A stretch of 64,000 bases of DNA, from positions 76,629 through 140,628 of the forward strand of contig CAWBVY010000009.1 of the NCBI GenBank assembly GCA_963792415.1, written 5' to 3'. Position numbers and translations under genes: made by a program. The DNA is from Candidatus Deferrimicrobiaceae bacterium (GTDB lineage: Bacteria; Desulfobacterota; Deferrimicrobia; Deferrimicrobiales; Deferrimicrobiaceae). A model generated the notes under the pieces. That model was not told the DNA's origin, ran no database searches, and worked only from the letters and a program-made list of their open reading frames with translations. Numbering within the stretch: the stretch's first letter is position 1; every line of letters begins with the position of its first letter. Below are positions 21,567 through 31,598 of this stretch, piece after piece.

Positions 21567-22019
21567 TCAGTCGCCCGCTTCCTGCTTCACCAGAAGGACG
21601 GAGCAGGGAAGCCTGCGGATGATGGCGGCGTTGATGCGCCCGAACAGGAAGTGCTCGAGCCGGCTCTCCTCGTGGGCCGGCATGAGGAGGAGATCGATTC
21701 TCTCCTCCTCCACCACGTTCCGGATCACGCCGATCGGCTCCCCCTGCCGGACCAGTTCCTTCACCGGCAAACCCCCCGTCGCCTCGGAGCGGACAACCTT
21801 CTTCAGGTTGTTCCCGGCTTCCTTGAGGAGTTCCTTGTACTCCTCCTCCACGGACAGAAACGGCAGGTTCCAGCCAGCCTCCCCGAAGGGATCGTGTTCC
21901 ACGTGGAGAACCACCAGTTCCGCGCCGTACTTCTTCGCCAGGGAGACCCCGTAGCGCACCGTTTCGCGGCTGTGCTTGAGGTCCGAGGCCACAGCCATGA
22001 TCCGCTTGATGTCGTTCAT
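21567..22019 (-). CDS. Universal stress protein
   Basis: KRIMAVASD, LVVLHV, IIRRLPCSVLLVK; start may be 22031. Confidence 0.9.
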   Translation of the reverse strand: MNDIKRIMAVASDLKHSRETVRYGVSLAKKYGAELVVLHVEHDPFGEAGWNLPFLSVEEEYKELLKEAGNNLKKVVRSEATGGLPVKELVRQGEPIGVIRNVVEEERIDLLLMPAHEESRLEHFLFGRINAAIIRRLPCSVLLVKQEAGD

Positions 22020-22062
22020 CTCATCCTCCATCCGATATTGGGAGCGCCCGACGGCAATCGGG

Positions 22063-23079
22063 TCATTTCTTCTCCAGGTGGCCGCCGAAGGCGAACCGCA
22101 TGGCGGAAAGGATCCTGTCGGCGAAGTCCGCCTCGCCACGGGAGGCGAATCGCTGGTAGAGGGCTGTGGTGAGCACCGGCGCGGGGACCGCCTCGTCGAC
22201 GGCGGCGTGGATCGTCCATCGCCCTTCGCCGGAGTCGGAGACCCGGCCGGCGTATTTTTCGAGAGCCGGGTCGTCGAGCAGGGCGGCGGCGGTCAGGTCG
22301 AGGAGCCAGGAGGAGATGACGCTCCCGCGGCGCCAGACTTCCGCGACGTCGGCCAGGTCGAAATCGTACCGGTAACGCTCCGGGTCCTGAAGCGGCGTGG
22401 TCTCCGCGTCCCGTTCATGACGGAGCTTGCCGACGCCGGCGTGCCGCAGGATGTTGAGCCCCTCGGCGTAGGCGGCCATGATGCCGTACTCGATCCCGTT
22501 GTGCACCATCTTGACGAAGTGTCCGGCGCCGTTCGGCCCGCAGTGCAGATACCCCTGCTCGGCGGTGCCGCCGGCCTTCTCCCGTCCGGGCGTGCGCGGG
22601 GCCGAGTCGGCGGGCGGCGCCAGCCCCCTGAAGACGGCGTCAAGACGCTTCACGATGTCCGGCTCCCCGCCGACCATCTGGCAGTACCCGCGATCGAGGC
22701 CCAACACGCCGCCGCTCGTCCCCACGTCCACGTAGTGGATCCCCTTCGCGGAGAGTTCCTTTGCCCGCCGGATGTCGTCCACGTACCAGGAGTTCCCCCC
22801 GTCCACGAGAACGTCGCCCCGCGCAAGCCGCGGCGCGAGGTCGGCGATGGCCCGGTCCACGACACCCGCCGGGACCATCATCCATACGACGCGCGGCTTC
22901 GGGATCCTGCCCAGGAAGTCGTCGAGAGAGGCGGAGCCCGTCGCCCCTTCCTTCACGAGGGCCGTCACCGCCTCCGTCGACGTATCGTACACGACGACCC
23001 TGTGCCCGGCGCGCATGAGCCGCCGCACCATGTTGGCGCCCATCCGGCCGAGGCCGATCATTCCAAGCTCCATGGTCAT
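22063..23079 (-). CDS. gnd: 6-phosphogluconate dehydrogenase (decarboxylating, short type)
   Basis: GLGRMG, VDGGNS, GHFVKMVHNGIEYG, MRFAFGGH. Confidence 0.95.
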   Translation of the reverse strand: MTMELGMIGLGRMGANMVRRLMRAGHRVVVYDTSTEAVTALVKEGATGSASLDDFLGRIPKPRVVWMMVPAGVVDRAIADLAPRLARGDVLVDGGNSWYVDDIRRAKELSAKGIHYVDVGTSGGVLGLDRGYCQMVGGEPDIVKRLDAVFRGLAPPADSAPRTPGREKAGGTAEQGYLHCGPNGAGHFVKMVHNGIEYGIMAAYAEGLNILRHAGVGKLRHERDAETTPLQDPERYRYDFDLADVAEVWRRGSVISSWLLDLTAAALLDDPALEKYAGRVSDSGEGRWTIHAAVDEAVPAPVLTTALYQRFASRGEADFADRILSAMRFAFGGHLEKK

Positions 23080-23160
23080 TCCTCCCCCGGTGCGGCGAGG
23101 GCAAGCCGGCGGTTCCGGCCCACTACTCCCGGTGTCCGGCGCCTGTCCCGGTCCCCCGGG

Positions 23161-23493
23161 TCACTTAAAGGTATTGAGGACGTACTGCGCGATCTCCTTC
23201 GCATCCTTGTCGGAAATTGTCTTCGCGTCGAAGCGGGACATCCCGGGTCCCGGGTTCCGCATCTTCCCAACGATGTCCTGGGCCGTCTTGACACCGTTGG
23301 CATCCATGTCCTTCTTGCGGAGCGTCAAGCCCGGCTTGATGATATTCCCCCCGTTCGGGTGGCAGGCGGCGCAGTACTGCTGAAACAGCTTCGCACCCGC
23401 CGATTCCTTCTTCTCCGCCGCGTTGAGTCCGGCGGCCGCCAGGACCAGGCACATGGACACCATGAGGATAGCGACCTTCGTCAACGTTCTCAT
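23161..23493 (-). CDS. Monoheme cytochrome c6-like protein
   Basis: Signal peptide, CAACHPNGGN, PGPGM. Confidence 0.9.
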   Translation of the reverse strand: MRTLTKVAILMVSMCLVLAAAGLNAAEKKESAGAKLFQQYCAACHPNGGNIIKPGLTLRKKDMDANGVKTAQDIVGKMRNPGPGMSRFDAKTISDKDAKEIAQYVLNTFK

Positions 23494-23582
23494 CTTCCCC
23501 TCCTTTTTCGCATCGCTGAGATGCGTTTCTTTCCCGGAACTCCGTTTTACCCTCTTATTATCGTATCACTTCGGAACGTCGG

Positions 23583-24458
23583 TTACGGACACCGTGTCTC
23601 CGCCAGGAACCGATCGATCAGCCGCCTGGCGATGGTTCCATGATGCGGTATCCGGAGCCGGAGGACCTCCTCCGGGCCGAACCAGCCGGCCCGAACGATC
23701 TCCTTTTCCTCGAGAACGAGTTCCCCGCCGGCGAACGAAGCGGTGAAGCCGACCATCAGGGAGTGCGGGAACGGCCACGGCTGGCTTCCGAAGTACCGGA
23801 GGTCCTCCACCTCGATCCCGACCTCTTCCCGGATTTCCCGGCGCACGCACTCCTCGAACGTCTCCCCCGGCTCGACGAATCCGGCCAGCACGCTGTAGAA
23901 GGCCGCGGGGAACCTGCTGGATTGGGCAAGGAGGATCTTTCCGTCCCGGACCACGGAGACGATGACCGCCGGCGTGACCCGCGGAAAAAAATGGAGCCCG
24001 CACCCGGCGCAGACCCTCCCCCGCTCTCCCTCCAGCGGACCGGTGACCCCCCCGCACTTTCCGCAGAACTGGTGCGTCCGATCCCAGTCCATGACCTGGA
24101 ACGCCCTTCCGGCGAGGGAGAATATCTCTTCCGGGAGCGCCCCGAGCAGGGGGCGCAGCGCGCGGAAGGAGGTGCCTTCCGGTCCGGCCTCCCCGGCCAG
24201 TTCCCCGGAGTAGCAGGGAGCGCCGTCCAGCGTTCCGAGGAATTGCGTCCGAACGGGGAACAGCCCCGCGTCTTCCGCGGAAGCCCAACGCGGAATCGCG
24301 ACCTCGAGACCACGGACTTCCACCAGGAGCCGGTCTCCGTGGAAGAGGAACCACCACGCGGTGTTCGAACGGGTTGGCGGAGGAACGACGGCGGGGAGAA
24401 AGAGCAAAAGGGGTTCCTCCGGTTGGGTTGGCCGCCTGTACTCCCGGATCTTAATCAT
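23583..24458 (-). CDS. nudC: NAD(+) diphosphatase
   Basis: CGKCG..CAGC zinc finger, Nudix box AGFVEPGETFEECVRREIREEVG, SQPWPFPHS. Confidence 0.95.
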   Translation of the reverse strand: MIKIREYRRPTQPEEPLLLFLPAVVPPPTRSNTAWWFLFHGDRLLVEVRGLEVAIPRWASAEDAGLFPVRTQFLGTLDGAPCYSGELAGEAGPEGTSFRALRPLLGALPEEIFSLAGRAFQVMDWDRTHQFCGKCGGVTGPLEGERGRVCAGCGLHFFPRVTPAVIVSVVRDGKILLAQSSRFPAAFYSVLAGFVEPGETFEECVRREIREEVGIEVEDLRYFGSQPWPFPHSLMVGFTASFAGGELVLEEKEIVRAGWFGPEEVLRLRIPHHGTIARRLIDRFLAETRCP

Positions 24459-24638
24459 ACCGCTGGATTTCCCCCGCTTCTTCCCAAAGAATGATTTTTG
24501 TCGAAACCTTTCGGCCAGCGTGGCACTCGTCAAGGCGATGGGAGGCGGCCGGGAAGCGTCGCCTTGCGGTAACCTTTCCCGTCGCCCTGCCGCCCTTAAA
24601 GGGAAAGAGGCCGATCAAGGCCGATCAGGGAGGGAACG

Positions 24639-25166
24639 ATGAAAATATTGCACAAGGGATGTACCGCGCTGGTCTTTCTTACGGCGGTTGCCGTGGGGGC
24701 GACGATGGTTTCCGGAAACGCCTGGGCTCACCGAGGCGGAGACCGCGACGGAGGATGTGGCTGCTCCCAACGCGATGGCGGGTGGAAAGGGCACGGCCCG
24801 CAGGGCGACCGGCTGGCGAAGGAGCTCGACCTGTCCAGGGAGCAGACGGAGCAGGTCAAGGCGATCTTCCGGAAACATCGTGACGAGACCGCCCCGCTTC
24901 GCAAGGAGATGGTGTCCGGGCGGCGGGAATTGCGGAACCTGACCCAGTCGGACAAACTGGACGAGACGGCCATCCGGGAGCAGGTGAAGAAGATCGCCGC
25001 TACGAGCGGGGATCTCGCCGTCCGCCGGGCCAGGGTGTCCCAGGAAGTGCGGGCTTTGCTGACGCCGGAGCAGATCCAGAAGTTCCGGGCCTTGCAGGAA
25101 AAGCGGGACCGGCGGATCGACGGGAGGATGAAGCGCGGGCAGGAAGGGCCGCCGAAGGGAGAATAG
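24639..25166 (+). CDS. Spy/CpxP family periplasmic chaperone
   Basis: Signal peptide; LDLSREQ and LTPEQ (LTxxQ) motifs. Confidence 0.88.
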   Translation: MKILHKGCTALVFLTAVAVGATMVSGNAWAHRGGDRDGGCGCSQRDGGWKGHGPQGDRLAKELDLSREQTEQVKAIFRKHRDETAPLRKEMVSGRRELRNLTQSDKLDETAIREQVKKIAATSGDLAVRRARVSQEVRALLTPEQIQKFRALQEKRDRRIDGRMKRGQEGPPKGE

Positions 25167-25169
25167 TGC

Positions 25170-25745
25170 TTGTACGCTTTGGGGGTGCCGATGGCGGCGC
25201 CGGACGAGGATGCCGACCTCGTCCGGTCCGCGATCGGGGGCGACGACGACGCGTTTGCGGAGCTGGTGCGCCGACATAAGGGGACGGTTCTCCGCAGCGC
25301 CGCCCGCTTCGCGCGCAACCCCGCGGAGCTCGAGGATCTCGGACAGGAGACGTTCCTGAGGGTGTACCGGGACCTCCGCTCCTTTCGCGGCGACGCCCCT
25401 TTCGGGCACTGGCTGTCGCGGATCACGGTGCACGCATGTTACGACGCGCTGCGGAAACGGCGCCGGGAGGAGAAGGATGTCTCGCTGGAGGTCCTGGCCT
25501 CGCCGGTCGCGGACCCTTCCACCGGAAACGGCCCTTCCGCCCAACTGGCCCGCATGATCCTCGACCAGGCGATGTCGCGCCTCAAACCCGAGGACCGGCT
25601 GGTCATCACGTTGTACGAACTGGAGGACCGGCCGCTCCGGGAGGTGGCCGAGTTGACCGGGTGGAGCGAAACCCTGGTGAAGGTGCGCGCTTTCCGCGCG
25701 CGGCAGGCGTTGAAACGGCTGATCGGAGGGGACGATGAACGATGA
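25170..25745 (+). CDS. ECF RNA polymerase sigma factor
   Basis: EDLGQETFLRVY, WLSRI, region 4 EVAELTGWSETLVKVRAFRAR. Confidence 0.92.
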   Translation: MYALGVPMAAPDEDADLVRSAIGGDDDAFAELVRRHKGTVLRSAARFARNPAELEDLGQETFLRVYRDLRSFRGDAPFGHWLSRITVHACYDALRKRRREEKDVSLEVLASPVADPSTGNGPSAQLARMILDQAMSRLKPEDRLVITLYELEDRPLREVAELTGWSETLVKVRAFRARQALKRLIGGDDER

Positions 25746-26043
25746 ACGACGCGACCGGGGGGACGTGGAGCTCGACCGGCTTTTCGCGCTGGCGCGGCAG
25801 GCACCCCCGGACATCACCGGGGTCGAACGAAACTTCGAGACGCGCGTGATGGCGAGGGTTCGGGAGTCGCGGGAGCCCTGGTACGCCTGGGCGTGGCGGC
25901 TGGCGCCGATCTTCCTCGTGCTGACGATTCTTCTCGGGGGGTGGAGCGTGCTCTATCCGCCGGTGCAACCGGCCGATCCGGTGACCATGCTCGCCTCGGG
26001 AGCCCAGGAAGTCGCGCTGCTCGACTATCTGACGGGAGAGTGA
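25735..26043 (+). CDS. Putative single-TM anti-sigma factor
   Basis: FETRVMARV followed by a TM helix; overlaps the sigma gene. Confidence 0.7.
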   Translation: MNDERRDRGDVELDRLFALARQAPPDITGVERNFETRVMARVRESREPWYAWAWRLAPIFLVLTILLGGWSVLYPPVQPADPVTMLASGAQEVALLDYLTGE

Positions 26044-26048
26044 CGACC

Positions 26049-26441
26049 ATGAAACGATGGAAATCGATCCTCGGCGTCCTGCTGGTCTTCCTGCTCGGCG
26101 CCCTCGCGGGGGCCGCGGTCCTGCACCGCATCGACCGTCAAAACACCGAGGCCGTTCTCTCCGGGCGGGACGGGGCCACGGTGGACCTCGTCGTCAGGCG
26201 GCTTTCGCGGTCTCTGGACCTCGACCCCACCCAGCGGGACCAGGTGCGCGCCATCGTCTCCGAGACGCACCGGGACATCGACGAGATCCGGAAGCCGATC
26301 CGTGCCCAGGTCATGGCCTCGATCGAGAACTCCCGCGCCCGCGTTCGCGCGATCCTGCGCCCCGACCAGCAGGAGAAGTTCGACCGCCTCCAGGCCGAGC
26401 GCCGAAAACGAAGGGGTTGGCCGGAATCGTCCCGTCCTTGA
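26049..26441 (+). CDS. Periplasmic LTxxQ/heavy-metal-sensor-like protein
   Basis: N-terminal TM; LDLDPTQ, ILRPDQQEKF. Confidence 0.75.
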   Translation: MKRWKSILGVLLVFLLGALAGAAVLHRIDRQNTEAVLSGRDGATVDLVVRRLSRSLDLDPTQRDQVRAIVSETHRDIDEIRKPIRAQVMASIENSRARVRAILRPDQQEKFDRLQAERRKRRGWPESSRP

Positions 26442-26513
26442 ATCAAACGCCGCCCGTCCCCGGCGGCTGACTACCGAACCCGGGCCTCTCCGGCAGCCCT
26501 CGGGGCCCCGGCG

Positions 26514-27065
26514 TCACCCCCGCAGGCGCGCCAGAAGCTTCCCGATCTGCCCCTGGTGGTCCCGCTCGTGCAAGAGCACCGTGAGGATGGGCCACTCGTA
26601 CAGGTCCGGGTCCGCTTCGAACAGCGGGTGCGGGAAGGTCGCCGCCCGGGGATCGACGGTGGCGAGCATCGCGAAGGAGGACGCGGTCTGTTCCCGGGTT
26701 TCGCGGGCAAGGCGGAGGAGGTCGGCTTTCCCCGGCGGATCCTCCGGCCGGACCGCCGCCGGGGCCTGGTACGCGGAGAGCGGCTTTTCCAGTTCGCGGA
26801 CCTCAAGGACGGCATCGTCCGCCGGGTACGGCGGCAGCGAACCGGCCGCCGTCCTGATCGCCTTCCGGATCACCTTGCTCATGCCGGTCTCGGCCATCAG
26901 GATGTGGTGCAGGATCTGCGCGGCCGACCACTCTCCCCCCACCTTCCGGGAAAACTCCTCGTCCGTCAGCCCCGACAGGGCCGAAAGCGTCTCCGCGCGG
27001 ATCGCCTCCATCTCTCCGTACAGGGAGGCGAGTTTCGGCGGCAGCGCCGGGTTTCCTTCTCCCAT
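26514..27065 (-). CDS. DinB family protein
   Basis: WSAAQILHHI...HPLF...HERDHQGQI. Confidence 0.85.
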   Translation of the reverse strand: MGEGNPALPPKLASLYGEMEAIRAETLSALSGLTDEEFSRKVGGEWSAAQILHHILMAETGMSKVIRKAIRTAAGSLPPYPADDAVLEVRELEKPLSAYQAPAAVRPEDPPGKADLLRLARETREQTASSFAMLATVDPRAATFPHPLFEADPDLYEWPILTVLLHERDHQGQIGKLLARLRG

Positions 27066-27180
27066 CGGTGCTCTCCCTTCTTCGTTTCCCGTCCGGGTGG
27101 CGAGACCCCGGATCCGTTCCCTTTGGCCTCGCGTGCTCGAGGAGTTTTCGGGATTCGCGACATAGTATATTCGGGATGAA

Positions 27181-27230
27181 GACGGGCGTCACCGGGAGGG
27201 GGCGAGTTCCCCCCTCCCGGCGACGCCCGT
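27181..27230 (-). terminator. Long GC hairpin downstream of the vWA gene
   Basis: acgggcgtcaccgggaggggg / ccccctcccggcgacgcccgt inverted repeat. Confidence 0.7.
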
Positions 27231-27233
27231 TCC

Positions 27234-28601
27234 CTACCGCTGCTGGAGCGTCTCGTACGCCCGGTACTTGATCGCCTTCTGGGCCCCCTTGGCCGACTCC
27301 GAGCTCATGTCGCCCATCGCGTCGAGGCTGTCCTTGTACCGGTTCGCGTGATCCATCTCCGCGCGGACCGCGGGCGACGGGGGAGCGGCGGCCAGCCCCG
27401 CCGCGGCCTTTCCGAGCACCCCCTTCGCCTCCTCCTTCTTCCCCTGGTCGGCCAGTCGCGCCGCTTCCTGCACCAGCACGTTCGCCTCCGCGACCGCCTT
27501 CTTTTCCTGCACCGACCGGTCGAACCCCTCCCGGTAGGCCCGCTCGTCGCGGACGAGTTCGAGGGATACGCTTTGCGCGGAGGCGGTGACGACCTTCGAC
27601 GTCACCGGATCGCGGTACCGGAGCGCCACGTCCCCGACTTCGCGCATGCCGGTCCCTTCCCCGCTCACGTTGAGCCTGGCGAAGACGGTCCGGCGCTCGC
27701 CCGCCGAAAGATCGCCCAGCCGGATGACGTAGGCGTCGCCGTCGCGCCGCCAGTCGCGCCCGAGGACCGAGCCGAAGCGGCAATCCCTCTTGAGCCGGAT
27801 GATGATCTCGACCTCGGAAGCGGCCGTCCGCGAGGCCGTGTGGAACTCGGATTCCAGCGCCGCCACGATCCGCTCGGGGTCGCCGAGATATCGGTAATTC
27901 CCCCCCCCGCCGCCGGCGATCCCCGCCATCAGCTCCTCGTCGAAATGGTTGCCGACCCCGAACGTGGAGACGGAGACCCCGTGCTCGGCCATCTCCCCGG
28001 CGCGCTCCCTCAGGGAGCCGCGGTGAATCACGCCGACATTGGCCAGCCCGTCCGAGAGGAGGAGAACCCGGTTCAGGGTGCCCCTGCGCTTCCCGGATTG
28101 CGCCTGCCGGAACCCTTCCTCCAGCCCCCCGGAGAGGAAGGTCGACCCGCCCGCGTACAGGCCGGAGACGATCCGGTGGAGCTCCCCCCGGTTCCGCCCC
28201 ACGGGACGCGACGGCCACGGGACCTGTACCTGCTGACTGTAGGTCACGATGGAGAGGAGATCGTCCGGCCCCATCATGTCCACGAGATGGTGGGCGGCCG
28301 TTCTGACGAAGTCGAGCTTGCGCGCCTCCGCCATCGAGCCGCTCCGGTCGATGACGAGCGCGAGGTTCAGCCTGGGCCGGTTTGTGCGGATCCCCGGGAT
28401 GTCCGGGGCGATCACCTGGATCTGGATCGTCCCGTCGCCGGGGCCGGGGACGAGCACCGTCCGGTTCTCCGACCGGACGTCGAGCATAAGGGGCGCCGCA
28501 TGGGCGCCCGCCGAGCCGAGAAGCACCGCCGCCAGCGCCACGGCCAGCGTGACGATCCTGTTGCCGATCCGCGCCGTTTCCATGAGAATCCTCCGTTTCA
28601 C
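27234..28601 (-). CDS. Exported vWA domain protein (YfbK-like)
   Basis: MIDAS DRSGSM, LLSDGLAN; signal peptide; start may be 28583. Confidence 0.9.
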   Translation of the reverse strand: MKRRILMETARIGNRIVTLAVALAAVLLGSAGAHAAPLMLDVRSENRTVLVPGPGDGTIQIQVIAPDIPGIRTNRPRLNLALVIDRSGSMAEARKLDFVRTAAHHLVDMMGPDDLLSIVTYSQQVQVPWPSRPVGRNRGELHRIVSGLYAGGSTFLSGGLEEGFRQAQSGKRRGTLNRVLLLSDGLANVGVIHRGSLRERAGEMAEHGVSVSTFGVGNHFDEELMAGIAGGGGGNYRYLGDPERIVAALESEFHTASRTAASEVEIIIRLKRDCRFGSVLGRDWRRDGDAYVIRLGDLSAGERRTVFARLNVSGEGTGMREVGDVALRYRDPVTSKVVTASAQSVSLELVRDERAYREGFDRSVQEKKAVAEANVLVQEAARLADQGKKEEAKGVLGKAAAGLAAAPPSPAVRAEMDHANRYKDSLDAMGDMSSESAKGAQKAIKYRAYETLQQR

Positions 28602-28628
28602 CGAGATGGTATTTCCGTTCCCGCCCCA

Positions 28629-28711
28629 TATACCCCGGCCGGCCGGTCTTTATTCCCGCTCGATCGACATCCTTTTCCGGGCGGGAATATTTTCGCGGCT
28701 CGTATGGTATA
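28629..28711. promoter_or_regulatory. Two divergent putative ECF promoters GCGGGAATA-N16-GGTATA
   Basis: Identical boxes and spacing at 28681-28711 (+) and 28659-28629 (-). Confidence 0.75.
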
Positions 28712-28722
28712 GAGGTTGAGGG

Positions 28723-29295
28723 ATGCGCGCGGACCTCGAAGAGGAGAAGGACGAACGGCTTGCCGCGCTGGCGGCGGGGGGCGACCGGGACGCGTTCGAC
28801 GCGCTGGTGACCCGCCACCGGCAGGCGGTCTACCGGCTCTGCTGGTCGGCGGCGGGGAACGCCGCCGACGCCGACGACGCGGCGCAGGAGACGTTCGTGC
28901 GGGTGTACCGGTCGCTCCCCTCGTACGATCCGGCGAGGCCGTTCGGCCCGTGGCTCCGGAAGATCGCGTGGAACTGCGGCCTGACGGCCCGCCGCGACGG
29001 GAACGCGGGAGTGGCCAGAGTCGCCGGGAGCGACGCGCCCGAGGCGGTGGACCCGGCCCCCGGCCCCGAAGAGGAGGCCGCGGGAAACGAAGAGAGGCGG
29101 CGGGTGGCGGATGCGATGGCCGGCCTCCCCGCCGAGCTTCGGATGGTGATGGTGCTGCGGGCGGTGGAGGGGCTTTCCTACGCCGAGATCGCCCTGGCGG
29201 CGGGGATTCCGGCGGGCACGGTGATGTCGCGCCTCTCCCGCGCGCGGACGCGGCTGCTGGCCGCGCTGAATGCACGGTCCGGAGGAGGTTCGTGA
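28723..29295 (+). CDS. ECF RNA polymerase sigma factor
   Basis: DAAQETFVRVY, SYAEIA..GIPAGTVMSRLSRAR. Confidence 0.93.
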   Translation: MRADLEEEKDERLAALAAGGDRDAFDALVTRHRQAVYRLCWSAAGNAADADDAAQETFVRVYRSLPSYDPARPFGPWLRKIAWNCGLTARRDGNAGVARVAGSDAPEAVDPAPGPEEEAAGNEERRRVADAMAGLPAELRMVMVLRAVEGLSYAEIALAAGIPAGTVMSRLSRARTRLLAALNARSGGGS

Positions 29296-30362
29296 TGGAG
29301 TGCCGGGAAACGCAGACGCTGCTGAGCGCCTTCCACGACGGGGAGCTGCCCGCCGCCGACCGCGCCCGGGTGGAAGAGCACCTGCGCGGGTGCCCGGAAT
29401 GCGCCGCGTTGCTGGCCGACCTGGCGCGGGTCGATCGGGCGGCCGGCGTGCCCGACCCGGGACCCGCGTACTGGGACCGGTTCAACGCCCGCGTGATGGA
29501 TCGCGTCGCGCGGGATGCGGACGGCCCGGGAGTGCGGGTGCTGCGACCGAAAGGAGGCTGGATGCGGGAACAGCTCCGCTATCTCGTCCCGGCCGCTGCC
29601 GCCGCGGCGCTGGTCGTTGTAATCGTCCATTACGCCGGGATGCGTCCCGGCGCCCCGGTCCCGACCCCGGCCGCACCTCCGGCGGCGAGCAAAACGGCGG
29701 CGACGGATTCGCCAGTAGAGCGGATGGCCAAGACGGAACCCGAGTCCCGCGCGACGAAAAAGGCCGGGAGCGCCGCGGCGGCGCGACCCGTCCCGCCGCC
29801 GGCCCCCGTCAAGGAGCGGCTCGACGCCGTGGCGCGCGAGGAGGGGGACCGCCTGGCCGATCGCTCCCCTGCGGCGGGGGACGAGGGGGCGTCGCGGGAT
29901 CGCACGGCCCCCCCGGCCCCCGGTCCACCGCCGGTCACCGCGGCGGGCGGGATGACGCAGGAGAGTCCGGCCGAGCGGAAGAAGATGGAGAGGGTGGCCG
30001 CGCCGATGGCGGAACCGCAAGGCGCCGGCACGGCGGCATCGGCTCCCGGGATGGGGATCGCGCAGGAGCCGTCTCCCGTCTCTCCTTGCGAGCGTGCGCA
30101 CGCGCTTGCCGAACGGGATCGGATGCGGGATGCGGAAGCCGCCCAGCGGGCGTGCCTCGCGGGGGATCTGGACGCGCCCTCCCGGGAAAAGGGCCTCGTC
30201 TTCCTGGCCGAACTGCTCGACCGCCAGGCGCGCTTCTCCGAAGCCGACGCGGTCATCGAGGAGGTCGACCGGCGGTTCCCCCAAAGCCGGCCGCTGGACC
30301 TGTACCGCCGGCAGCGGCCGATGGTGCAGAAGCGACCGGAGGCGGTCCCGGTCACCCGCTAG
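29295..30362 (+). CDS. zf-HC2 anti-sigma factor with TM, Ala/Pro-rich linker and TPR-like C-terminus
   Basis: C...HLRGCPEC ZAS motif; TM segment; low-complexity linker. Confidence 0.88.
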   Translation: MECRETQTLLSAFHDGELPAADRARVEEHLRGCPECAALLADLARVDRAAGVPDPGPAYWDRFNARVMDRVARDADGPGVRVLRPKGGWMREQLRYLVPAAAAAALVVVIVHYAGMRPGAPVPTPAAPPAASKTAATDSPVERMAKTEPESRATKKAGSAAAARPVPPPAPVKERLDAVAREEGDRLADRSPAAGDEGASRDRTAPPAPGPPPVTAAGGMTQESPAERKKMERVAAPMAEPQGAGTAASAPGMGIAQEPSPVSPCERAHALAERDRMRDAEAAQRACLAGDLDAPSREKGLVFLAELLDRQARFSEADAVIEEVDRRFPQSRPLDLYRRQRPMVQKRPEAVPVTR

Positions 30363-30363
30363 G

Positions 30364-30762
30364 TCAGCCCCCGCTCTTCGTCGGGATCAGCTCCCGGACG
30401 TTCCCCTCCTGGGCCCCGGCGGATTCCCCATCGCTCCTCATCCGGGCGCGCCCGTCGAAGACCGCCCCTTCGGAGATCGCGAGCTTCGGCGCGTGGATCT
30501 CCCCGACCATCCTGGCCTTCTCCCTCAGTTCCACCGTCTCCGTCGCCTCGATGTTCCCCTCGACGGATCCCCCGACGACCATCCCGCGCGTGCGGGTGTC
30601 CCCCAGGATCTTCCCGGTCACGCCGACGACGACCCAGTCGGCCTGGACGTCCCCCTCCACGGTCCCGTCGACGCGGATCGTTCCCTTCACGCTCACTTTT
30701 CCCTCGATGCGCGTGTCGTTGCCGACGATCGTCTCCAGCTTCTGCGAGCCTTTTCCGAACAT
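30364..30762 (-). CDS. Bactofilin (polymer-forming cytoskeletal protein)
   Basis: TIVG..TRIEGKV..GTIRVDG..EGAVFDG. Confidence 0.92.
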   Translation of the reverse strand: MFGKGSQKLETIVGNDTRIEGKVSVKGTIRVDGTVEGDVQADWVVVGVTGKILGDTRTRGMVVGGSVEGNIEATETVELREKARMVGEIHAPKLAISEGAVFDGRARMRSDGESAGAQEGNVRELIPTKSGG

Positions 30763-30764
30763 GA

Positions 30765-31598
30765 TCACCTCCTGGCGAGATATTCCGACGGGTTCGTATG
30801 GCGGCCGTTTTTCCAGATCTCGTAATGCACGTGCGGGCCCGTGGAGACGCCGGTGGAGCCGGACATCGCGATCACGTCGCCCCGGACGATGCGCTGACCG
30901 ACCCGGACAAGCGCCTTCCGGTTGTGCGCATAGGCCGTGCTGAACCCGTGCCCGTGCTCGGCGACCACCACGATGCCGCTGTTCTCCGTCCATCCGGCGA
31001 AGCTCACGATCCCGTCCGCCGTCGCTTTCACCGCGGTGCCGGGCGGGACGGAGAGGTCGACGCCGGTGTGGAACTTCCTCTGCTCGTACACCGGGTGATC
31101 CCGGTATCCGTAGGACGAGGAAAGCCTTCCCTGCACGGGCCACCCGAAGGGCGTGGCGAGATGGAGGTCCCTCTGTTCGGCGATGTAGGCGCGGATCTCC
31201 GAAACCGACTGCATCGCCGCCTCGATCTCCTCCCGCAACACTTCCATGTCGAGGGATCCGGTGTCGCCGGGTTCCGCAGACTCCAGGACGGCGGTTTTCG
31301 ACTTCAGGGAGAACAGCTTCCGGAAATCCTTCTCCGCCTGTTTCAGGGAATCCATCGTCCCCTTCATTTCGAGGAACTGCGCGGTGACGAGCGACAATCG
31401 CTCCTGCATCCGGCGGTACTCCACGGCCCGGACCGACACGGAAACGACGAAGGCGGTCCCGATCAGGAACAGGCAGACCGACGCGGCGACCCCGACCACC
31501 GGGACACGGACGCTGACGGGCCTGGTCCGGCCGTGGGGTACCAGCAGGATGGTCACGGGAGTGAAAAGTCTTTTCAGGAACCTCCGCGCGCGGTTCAT
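30765..31598 (-). CDS. M23 family metallopeptidase
   Basis: FHTGVD, TAYAH, STGPHVHYE; TM plus coiled coil. Confidence 0.93.
   Translation of the reverse strand: MNRARRFLKRLFTPVTILLVPHGRTRPVSVRVPVVGVAASVCLFLIGTAFVVSVSVRAVEYRRMQERLSLVTAQFLEMKGTMDSLKQAEKDFRKLFSLKSKTAVLESAEPGDTGSLDMEVLREEIEAAMQSVSEIRAYIAEQRDLHLATPFGWPVQGRLSSSYGYRDHPVYEQRKFHTGVDLSVPPGTAVKATADGIVSFAGWTENSGIVVVAEHGHGFSTAYAHNRKALVRVGQRIVRGDVIAMSGSTGVSTGPHVHYEIWKNGRHTNPSEYLARR

Noticed and set aside
24639-26441. Spy/CpxP-ECF-anti-sigma cluster as novel
   Set aside because: Common envelope/metal-stress module with no unusual feature seen.
30364-31598. M23 peptidase plus bactofilin as a novel system
   Set aside because: Well-known cell-shape gene pairing.
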